In this document: in pieces, positions 58,256-64,000 of the stretch
Position numbering within the stretch: the stretch's first letter is position 1
How the letters are laid out: each line of letters begins with the position of its first letter
Source: a virus
DNA length: 64,000 nt
IMG/VR virus record: IMGVR_UViG_3300022752_000056
Span: 7,355 to 71,354 of that record
Direction: 5' to 3' (one strand)
The notes under the pieces: generated by a model
Seen by the model: the letters and a program-made list of their open reading frames with translations, nothing else
Database searches by the model: none
What the model was told of the DNA's origin: nothing
Position numbers and translations under genes: made by a program

Positions 58256-58600
58256 ATGACTATAATTTATACAGATAAAAGACTGCGTGACCTAGCGGGT
58301 AAATCAATAGAATTAGATGACCTAGTTATAACCACAGAAAGTAATCGTATAATCACTGGACGAGTGATTAAGATCAATGAACGATCCGGCAACATCACTG
58401 TAGAACCCATAATGAGTACCACGGGCGGACGCAGACAACCACCTATTAAGCGTAATTTAACCAGAGCTGAACACAATGTATATGTTATACCCCGAGGTGA
58501 GCAAGTATTCACACAACTAAGGGGCTATTACCATAATACTGGAGAGTGGGCAATACGTAGACCAAAATCTAAAAAGAAACTAGGTATAGAGGAATGGTAG
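58256..58600 (+). CDS. Hypothetical protein (SH3/KOW-like pattern)
   Basis: DLAGKSIELDDLV...GRVIKI; start placed downstream of the promoter. Confidence 0.6.
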   Translation: MTIIYTDKRLRDLAGKSIELDDLVITTESNRIITGRVIKINERSGNITVEPIMSTTGGRRQPPIKRNLTRAEHNVYVIPRGEQVFTQLRGYYHNTGEWAIRRPKSKKKLGIEEW

Positions 58601-58774
58601 CCCAGACCTATATACCTAGATAAAAAAAATTTGCTGCGCAATTTTTTAAGGTTCTGGAGATCTCGGCCCCAGGTGATTCTATCTAACCAGGTTTGAGAGA
58701 ACTTGAGAGAAAATTTGGCATGCTAGTTTGTGCTAGTGTTTGTAGCGTTATAGTATATGCCCCCCATACCCCCA

Positions 58775-58812
58775 CCGTTGTCTAAAAACAACAAATAACA
58801 CTACACTTGCAA
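58775..58812 (+). repeat. 38-bp inverted repeat, left copy (partner 63486-63523)
   Basis: 36 of 38 positions identical to the reverse complement of 63486-63523. Confidence 0.9.
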
Positions 58813-58925
58813 GGGTTTTAGAATTATGCTATTATACGTACATGTTAGCACTACAGCACACAAGCACACAAGCACAAAACTGTAATAACACTACAGTTGC
58901 AAGTGTTATTTGTTTGTGCTATAAT
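58807..58925 (+). promoter_or_regulatory. Tandem early sigma70 promoters
   Basis: TTGCAA-17-TATTAT (58807-58835) and TTGCAA-17-TATAAT (58897-58925), both with TGn extension and A-rich upstream elements. Confidence 0.8.
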
Positions 58926-58970
58926 GCTAGCATACACGCTGTTAAACAACACTACACAGAGAGCTCTACT

Positions 58971-59282
58971 ATGCAAAACATACTAAACGCAAGTTTAAGC
59001 GCAAACTATTTAGAAGCATTTGAAGAACTGTGTGCTGAGAACATACATGCAGACATAGATGACATAGCAGCAGAGCTCATCGTACGCTTTGAGCGTGAGT
59101 TCGCAGAATACTTGCGAGGTTGCGACAGCGAAGACGTAGGTGCTGTTATTATATACTTGCGTGGGGGAGAAGAAGTTGCGTTCTTTGACTATGAGAACTT
59201 TCACGGGAGTGTGTACGAGTTGGGACACAAGAGAGCTAGTGAGACTAGCGTAGAATGGGCAGAGCGTGTGGGAGCACTGTAA
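58971..59282 (+). CDS. Early acidic hypothetical protein
   Basis: First ATG after the tandem promoters. Confidence 0.65.
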   Translation: MQNILNASLSANYLEAFEELCAENIHADIDDIAAELIVRFEREFAEYLRGCDSEDVGAVIIYLRGGEEVAFFDYENFHGSVYELGHKRASETSVEWAERVGAL

Positions 59283-59602
59283 TGCACACAGTTACACTAA
59301 ACACAGAAGAAGCCCCCAACAAATGGTGGGCTGCTAGAGATGCTCGTATGCGCAACTATGCTAACTCAACACGCTATGACTCTGCTACACGGATTAGAGC
59401 AGAGCGTATGAAGTTGGTCTTAGAGATGTTGTATCATGCTCGTAGTGTGTATATAGCATATGGCAAGCGTGGGGTGTCGCTCAAAGTAGATCGTGCTCAT
59501 GTGCGAGATCGTAGAGAGCTGGCTGCTATGGAAGCGGACTGGGCTGTGCAGGGTGTAGTAAAGCGAGTAAGCGAGCAGGGTGTGATCTATCGCTTTGCTT
59601 AG
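59282..59602 (+). CDS. Early basic hypothetical protein
   Basis: TAATG coupling with GGGAG SD. Confidence 0.65.
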   Translation: MHTVTLNTEEAPNKWWAARDARMRNYANSTRYDSATRIRAERMKLVLEMLYHARSVYIAYGKRGVSLKVDRAHVRDRRELAAMEADWAVQGVVKRVSEQGVIYRFA

Positions 59603-59618
59603 GTGTTGTTAGGTCGAT

Positions 59619-59646
59619 AAAAAAGGCGCTTCATGCGCCTTTTTTT
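59619..59646. terminator. Bidirectional intrinsic terminator between convergent early units
   Basis: AAAAAAGGCGC-TTCAT-GCGCCTTTTTTT. Confidence 0.9.
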
Positions 59647-59650
59647 GTCT

Positions 59651-59696
59651 CTCTAGATCGCTCCCTCGTTCTCTAGATCGCTCCCTCGTTCTCTAG
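59651..59696 (+). repeat. Perfect 20-bp tandem duplication CTCTAGATCGCTCCCTCGTT
   Basis: Two exact copies plus CTCTAG. Confidence 0.95.
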
Positions 59697-59900
59697 CTCT
59701 TCCACTGCTTCGTGCATCAGACTCTGCCATAGGAACACATCGTTGGCTATACGTTGGTCTTTCTTTCGCTTGCCCAACTGTGTGCCCTTCTGGTAGATGC
59801 TCCATATGTGGCACTCGCAATAGCTTCGGTTGGGCAGCGCTGGTTCTTGGCATCCCGTTTCCGGATCGCCTATCCACTCACAAATCATTTGCTTTCCCAT
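59673..59900 (-). CDS. Small Cys/His protein resembling the GcrA C-terminal domain
   Basis: CEWIGDP...C..PA.P..SYC..H...IYQ. Confidence 0.55.
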   Translation of the reverse strand: MGKQMICEWIGDPETGCQEPALPNRSYCECHIWSIYQKGTQLGKRKKDQRIANDVFLWQSLMHEAVEELENEGAI

Positions 59901-60115
59901 TCTTTGATCATCCTTTTCACTTTCTCTTGTTCACGTTCTGTCATCCTAAGATAACGGCTAAGGGCATCGGCTGCACCATACTGCTGGCCTTCTTGTCTGC
60001 TCAGTAGATCTGCACAGACAAACAGGGCCACGATCATTATGGTGCCCAACCAACCAATCTGGAAGGCATCTAGCGTTAGAGCCAGTGCCGTCCACAGTCC
60101 TATACGAGTTAGCAT
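59885..60115 (-). CDS. Small membrane protein
   Basis: Two hydrophobic segments followed by a charged tail. Confidence 0.6.
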   Translation of the reverse strand: MLTRIGLWTALALTLDAFQIGWLGTIMIVALFVCADLLSRQEGQQYGAADALSRYLRMTEREQEKVKRMIKEWESK

Positions 60116-60984
60116 CGCTTCATACAGGTGGTCTTAGCCATCATCTGCCACGTGGTAGGAAAGCTCTTCTTGAGGCCTGCCAACTTGAGCACCATGCGCA
60201 GGCTAAGCTCGCGCAACTTGTCCTTGTTAGCCTCCACAAAGTCAATCAGCTCATCCTGCACACAGGGCTCAAAATCATAGCTGGCCAACATCTCGTTCTG
60301 CTGGATGACCTGTCGGATACGTAGCATCTTCTCACGCTGGGTGTCCATCTGCAGATCAATGTAGTGACAGCGGCTTTCCAAGGCATTCAAGTGATCACGT
60401 AGTTTCTTTGACTTCACATGCTCAAACTTGATGTTGGTGATAAAGATCGCGGAACCCTTGAACTCAAAGCGATTAGGCACTCCCTCACTGCGTAGCAGTC
60501 GGCTGTCCGTGTTCCACGAGATGAAACGACGCTCGCTTGAGTCCAATGCGCCCTTGAGCACGTTCAGTGAGATCTCATCTAAAAGCACGGAGTCGCAGTC
60601 ATCAAACACCACAACGTTGCCCCGTTCTGAGAACTCGTAGAGCTTGGAGTAAAGACCAATGGCACTCATTGCGCCCTTGACGATCTCAAACTTTGGCTTG
60701 CGTTCTGCCAAGGTATCAAACAGGCCGTCCTTTTGCAGCACGGCCTCAACACCGTAACTCTTGCCCACACCTGGGGGACCTGACACGATCATGGCAGTGA
60801 TGTTGCCTTGCTTGACTGCCTTGGTCATCTCGGTAAGGATTGTGAAGCGCTCGCCTAGGCGCTCTAGGATTTCTGCATCCGACTCTTTGGCAACCTCTTT
60901 CTCACGCATGAGGATGATGTTGCTGTCTAGTTCCAGCGAGCTGACTTCTGCTTTGGAGGGTTTGGTATTGGCTTTACGTGCCAT
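60109..60984 (-). CDS. P-loop (AAA-like) ATPase
   Basis: IVSGPPGVGKS Walker A, VVFDDCD Walker B, IFITN sensor, SR finger; AGGAG SD. Confidence 0.85.
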   Translation of the reverse strand: MARKANTKPSKAEVSSLELDSNIILMREKEVAKESDAEILERLGERFTILTEMTKAVKQGNITAMIVSGPPGVGKSYGVEAVLQKDGLFDTLAERKPKFEIVKGAMSAIGLYSKLYEFSERGNVVVFDDCDSVLLDEISLNVLKGALDSSERRFISWNTDSRLLRSEGVPNRFEFKGSAIFITNIKFEHVKSKKLRDHLNALESRCHYIDLQMDTQREKMLRIRQVIQQNEMLASYDFEPCVQDELIDFVEANKDKLRELSLRMVLKLAGLKKSFPTTWQMMAKTTCMKRC

Positions 60985-61021
60985 TTGGTTCTCCTGTGTG
61001 TTTATTTAAGTGTGTATTATA

Positions 61022-61234
61022 CTATCGATTCTTAATGTAGTCAATGACTTGTTCAGCCAAATCTGTTGCCATGTAAGAGTCCAGACTCACTGCGGTCATC
61101 ATCTCATAGACTATGCGGGCGTCCTTGCCATAGTGGCGGAGTACGGCTTCCACATCACCTTGGGTGTGGCACTTATTCCACATGAAGTCTGCTATGATCC
61201 GTTGGTTTTTGGTTAGTCCGTCTATAGCGATCAT
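61022..61234 (-). CDS. Early hypothetical protein
   Basis: 70 aa, GAGG SD. Confidence 0.6.
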   Translation of the reverse strand: MIAIDGLTKNQRIIADFMWNKCHTQGDVEAVLRHYGKDARIVYEMMTAVSLDSYMATDLAEQVIDYIKNR

Positions 61235-61235
61235 A

Positions 61236-61421
61236 TTAGACCTCGTCCTGTAACATCATCATGCTAAGGCTAAACATGGCGCCTGTTACCAGTGCTAGGC
61301 TCAGCAGTTCCAGTGCTTGGTTGATGCCAAAGTCTGGACCTGCCTCTGTTATACCGCCTGCAATGCTGGCCAAGCCCGTCAGTGCAATGCCAAATCCTAG
61401 TGCGCCTAATGTCTTTCTCAT
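61236..61421 (-). CDS. Small two-TM membrane protein
   Basis: Hydrophobic 61 aa; AAGGAG SD; own promoter. Confidence 0.65.
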   Translation of the reverse strand: MRKTLGALGFGIALTGLASIAGGITEAGPDFGINQALELLSLALVTGAMFSLSMMMLQDEV

Positions 61422-61490
61422 TTCTTACTCCTTTGTTTCAGTGTGTTCGTAGTATAGCACGGGGTTGACAGTGTGTCAACCCCTTTATGG

Positions 61491-61703
61491 CTATCGTGCC
61501 AAGGCCTTTACCAAATCGTTTTGGAGCTTGTGGACTTCGTCGTAGTCCACAAAGAAGTCTGTCTTTGGGTCCCAGTATTGCCCTGCCCGGGGGTCGTAGT
61601 AAAGGACTCGCCCGTTTGAGTAGATGTAAGGTCCCTCCAAGCCCCGGCGCTGCTCGAAGCCTTGGAATAGGTCTGCGGTCTTGCCCAAAACTCGGTAACC
61701 CAT
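61491..61703 (-). CDS. Early protein with aromatic YYDP/YWDP repeats (OCRE-like)
   Basis: GLEGPY..NGRVLYYDPRAGQYWDPKTDFF; start MGYRV with AGGAG SD. Confidence 0.65.
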   Translation of the reverse strand: MGYRVLGKTADLFQGFEQRRGLEGPYIYSNGRVLYYDPRAGQYWDPKTDFFVDYDEVHKLQNDLVKALAR

Positions 61704-61771
61704 GTGCTGCTCCTGTGTGTGCGTGTCATGTTCGTATAATAGCAAAAAGATTAGGGGCTGTCAACCTGTTG

Positions 61772-62110
61772 TTATTTGAACACACGTTGAGCAAAGGACT
61801 CTTCAGTGTCATCAGCCTGGACTAGAACGAATCCTGAGCCCTCGCCAAGGTCCGTTTCGCGGATTTCCAAGCCACTCTTTGCGGCTTTGAGCGCCTTATT
61901 GACTAGGCTAAGAGCATAGCGGCCGCCATGATAGAAACTATCAAAGTGTTCGTCCTGGGAGAAGCCCATCTTCTTTACCACCCGCCCAGTGTCCAAGTCA
62001 TCTGAACTGAGCACCACAAACCTGTCAACCTTCCGCCACTGCTTAGGGTCCATAAAGTCAAAGTGATCGGTGACTTCGTTCATGTCAAAATCTTTAAACG
62101 TGATCTTCAT
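61772..62110 (-). CDS. Early hypothetical protein
   Basis: Own promoter cassette and AGGAG SD. Confidence 0.7.
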   Translation of the reverse strand: MKITFKDFDMNEVTDHFDFMDPKQWRKVDRFVVLSSDDLDTGRVVKKMGFSQDEHFDSFYHGGRYALSLVNKALKAAKSGLEIRETDLGEGSGFVLVQADDTEESFAQRVFK

Positions 62111-62179
62111 CTTGTGCTCCTGTGTGTTTAGTGTGTTCGTATAATAGCAAAAAGATTAGGGGCTGTCAACCTGTGGTAG

Positions 62180-62350
62180 TTATACAACATAGGCCTTGGC
62201 CAGGATGTGCTCCAGCACTGCGACCTGCTTAGGGCTCAAACGGCCTGTGTGGTCATACTGCTGGATCATCTTAGCGGCAAACACGTGGTCATACTGGTCT
62301 AGGCGGTCCAGCATGTCTATGATCTCTGCTATCAAAAACCCTTGTTCCAT
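62180..62350 (-). CDS. Early hypothetical protein
   Basis: Start MEQGF with GGAG SD; LSPKQ motif. Confidence 0.65.
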   Translation of the reverse strand: MEQGFLIAEIIDMLDRLDQYDHVFAAKMIQQYDHTGRLSPKQVAVLEHILAKAYVV

Positions 62351-62431
62351 CTTGTGCTCCGTTGTGTTCATCATAGTCGTATAATAGCAAAAACTCAGTG
62401 GGCTGTCAACCTGTTGTAGGCTTGCCACACT

Positions 62432-62608
62432 TTATCTGTAGCCACTACCTGCTTCTTGTTCGTAGGTTGTGTCAGTGGGATCCCACTCAATGACAAAGTC
62501 CTTATGAACAATAAAAGACCCTGCACCGTGTGCTGTGGGTGCCAGTTCAATCATGTCACCTAAGGTGCTGATCACAAAGTATTCAGCACCTTTGTATATG
62601 GTCATCAT
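62432..62608 (-). CDS. Early hypothetical protein, 58 aa (not in the ORF track)
   Basis: MMTIYKGAEYFVISTLGDMIELAPTAHGAGSFIVHKDFVIEWDPTDTTYEQEAGSGYR; fills the gap between cassettes. Confidence 0.55.
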   Translation of the reverse strand: MMTIYKGAEYFVISTLGDMIELAPTAHGAGSFIVHKDFVIEWDPTDTTYEQEAGSGYR

Positions 62609-62609
62609 C

Positions 62610-62810
62610 TTATTCGTCCTCTTCTACGAACTCGTTGAGGAAAACGTCACCCATGTCATAGTCCTCGTAAGCCTGCTCAAGCACCTCAGCAAAGGCCGTG
62701 TCCACCCAGTCCATAGGAACGTCATACTTGACCGCTATCTGCTCCAGCGTGAGTTCTGCGCGGTATATCTCGTTCTGTAGTTCTACCATTACGTCTTTCA
62801 ATCTTGCCAT
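62610..62810 (-). CDS. Early acidic protein with HTH-like segment
   Basis: LTLEQIAVKYDVPMDWV; start MARLK with GGAG SD. Confidence 0.65.
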   Translation of the reverse strand: MARLKDVMVELQNEIYRAELTLEQIAVKYDVPMDWVDTAFAEVLEQAYEDYDMGDVFLNEFVEEDE

Positions 62811-62887
62811 TTTACGCTCCGTTTTGCTAGTGTTTGTGTAGTATAGCACAACAAGCCCACGCTGTCAACCTGCTGTGCTAATAACCC

Positions 62888-63175
62888 TTAGCCCAATAGG
62901 GCTTTTACACGCACGTATTCACCACCACCAACTCGCAATTGCCAATTGCACTCGCTACTCGTGCGCTTCACTTTATTCGTGTAGCCTGCTAAAAAAAGCA
63001 TAGTCTCAAGTTCTTTAGCCAGTGCGTCTGCTTCTCGTTTGCTATAAAGCCTAAACGCAACATGCCGCAAGTTATCGTCCTGCTTGCACTTGTCTGTAAA
63101 AGAGCCAGCATAGCCAAAACTCTTCATGTTAATGAAACGTGCAAACAGACGCACAATTTTAGTCGTTGCCAACAT
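62888..63175 (-). CDS. Early hypothetical protein
   Basis: Own promoter and AAGGAG SD. Confidence 0.65.
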   Translation of the reverse strand: MLATTKIVRLFARFINMKSFGYAGSFTDKCKQDDNLRHVAFRLYSKREADALAKELETMLFLAGYTNKVKRTSSECNWQLRVGGGEYVRVKALLG

Positions 63176-63255
63176 ATATAACGCTCCTTGTTGTTTACTA
63201 CGCTTGCATTATAGCAAAAAACAATAACCCTGTCAAGTGCAGGGTTATTTGTTGT

Positions 63256-63432
63256 TTATGCGTTGAGCGTAAACTCCTCTACATTACGCTCAATGTCCAT
63301 GTCCAGCTCCTGTGCAAGCTCCTCAAGCGCAACGAGTGCGAGGGCACGTGACTGATAAACGCCAATGTTATAAAAAACATCCTCGCGTTCCCCAATCCCC
63401 AGGGCTTGTGCTACAAATAATTTAATTGCCAT
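63256..63432 (-). CDS. Early hypothetical protein, 58 aa (not in the ORF track)
   Basis: MAIKLFVAQALGIGEREDVFYNIGVYQSRALALVALEELAQELDMDIERNVEEFTLNA; GGAG SD and own promoter. Confidence 0.65.
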   Translation of the reverse strand: MAIKLFVAQALGIGEREDVFYNIGVYQSRALALVALEELAQELDMDIERNVEEFTLNA

Positions 63433-63485
63433 TTAATGCTCCGTTTTGTTTACTATGCTTGCATTATAGCAAAAACAAATAGCCA

Positions 63486-63523
63486 TTGCAAGTGTAGTGT
63501 TATTTGTTGTTTTTTTACAACGG
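63486..63523 (-). repeat. 38-bp inverted repeat, right copy
   Basis: Partner of 58775-58812. Confidence 0.9.
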
Positions 63524-63594
63524 CCATGACATTGTTATATTATCTATATGACCATCAGGGAAATAGCCCTGTGGTTGACAGGGCTTGCTTTTTT

Positions 63595-63705
63595 CTATAC
63601 AGTCTGCTTCTTGCCCATTATGACCCTAGTGACGGGCAGGGGCAGCACAACATGAGGCTTCTGTTTGGTAGCAATCTGCAGCACCATCCACGTAATAACA
63701 TTCAT
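63595..63705 (-). CDS. Possible 36-aa peptide
   Basis: GAGGAG SD, MNVITWMVLQIATKQKPH..., followed by the AGCCCTGT/ACAGGGCT hairpin. Confidence 0.35.
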   Translation of the reverse strand: MNVITWMVLQIATKQKPHVVLPLPVTRVIMGKKQTV

Positions 63706-63715
63706 AATGATCTCC

Positions 63716-64000
63716 TCAGTCTGTGTGGGGTGGTAGTTCTACTTCTTCATCTAGATTCTCGTCTTCCCATTCAGCCATCTGTTCGCTGATACCCCATTCA
63801 TCGTCCAATTCTGCTCCAATGATGTCGCGCACGGTGTCTGCGGTGGCGCCCCCATACTCTGTGTAGTCGTCGTCAAAAAAGCTAGGATCGCCTGTGACGC
63901 GACCTACAAAACACATACCGGGTTCGTAGTAGGTAGCTTCTAGTTCAAAGCCCTGAGCACACATCTCACGATAGACTTCGATGGGTGGGCTCCACGCCGT
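63716..64000 (-). CDS. YubB/DUF1281-like ferredoxin-fold protein, C-terminal part (gene starts beyond the window)
   Basis: Frame open to the window end: TAWSPPIEVY...YYEPGMCFVG motif. Confidence 0.75.
   Translation of the reverse strand, partial: TAWSPPIEVYREMCAQGFELEATYYEPGMCFVGRVTGDPSFFDDDYTEYGGATADTVRDIIGAELDDEWGISEQMAEWEDENLDEEVELPPHTD

Larger units (their letters stand above)
61016..63491 (-). promoter_or_regulatory. Array of minus-strand early sigma70 promoter cassettes (about 61016, 61451, 61738, 62141, 62381, 62840, 63208, 63463)
   Basis: Each has TTGAC(A/T) or TTGCAA, a 17-nt spacer, a TATTAT/TATAAT/TATACT box, an AC-rich leader and a GGAG SD; 61729-61769 and 62134-62174 are identical over 41 bp. 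Confidence 0.85.

Noticed and set aside
58842-58970. N-terminal extensions given in the ORF track (also at 58196, 61745, 62428, 62849, 44729, 30210)
   Set aside because: They run through promoter sequences or upstream genes; downstream ATGs fit the SD or promoter positions better.
59653-59877. 74-aa ORF ending in LENEGAI as a second gene
   Set aside because: Its end is created by the 20-bp duplication and it overlaps the better-supported 59673-59900 frame.
61729-62417. 41-bp direct repeats as a mini-CRISPR array
   Set aside because: They are 240-400 bp apart, flank whole ORFs and match sigma70 promoter consensus.
1-64000. Stop-codon reassignment as seen in some large phages
   Set aside because: Core genes are full length under the standard code and coding density is high.
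1-64000. tRNA, tmRNA or rRNA genes
   Set aside because: No cloverleaf with D- and T-loop consensus seen in the few intergenic gaps; a tRNAscan/Infernal run would be needed to exclude them fully.

Overview
A 64-kb segment of a large, AT-rich T4-like (contractile-tailed) dsDNA phage. In order: head module (portal C-terminus, core/scaffold genes, prohead protease, major capsid; 1-5.1 kb); a 21-kb block of long virion/fibre genes ending in a GT2 glycosyltransferase (5.2-27.2 kb); NUDIX, neck/tail-completion genes, dNMP kinase, tail sheath and tube, head-completion nuclease and terminase (27-41 kb); recombination/replication genes (gp32, UvsX, UvsY, UvsW, primase, DnaB-type helicase) with a 189-aa miniature DnaE-like gene (43.6-56 kb); host-like accessory genes (YqgE/AlgH, a short exported peptide, a Pol-beta-type nucleotidyltransferase); and from about 58.8 kb a visibly more GC-rich early region of small ORFs driven by repeated sigma70 promoter cassettes. 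I saw no tRNA, rRNA, CRISPR array, intron or intein. All assignments come from motif recognition by eye, without database searches. The most unusual signals are: seven ~160-aa C-x-R-D repeats resembling the phycobiliprotein bilin-attachment helix in a 2320-aa virion protein; the miniature C-family polymerase; many late genes that appear to be leaderless; a probable pseudoknotted RNA leader after the capsid gene; a possible virion glycosylation system; a stand-alone GcrA-CTD-like early protein; and a 38-bp inverted repeat bracketing the early cassettes next to a possible genome terminus.
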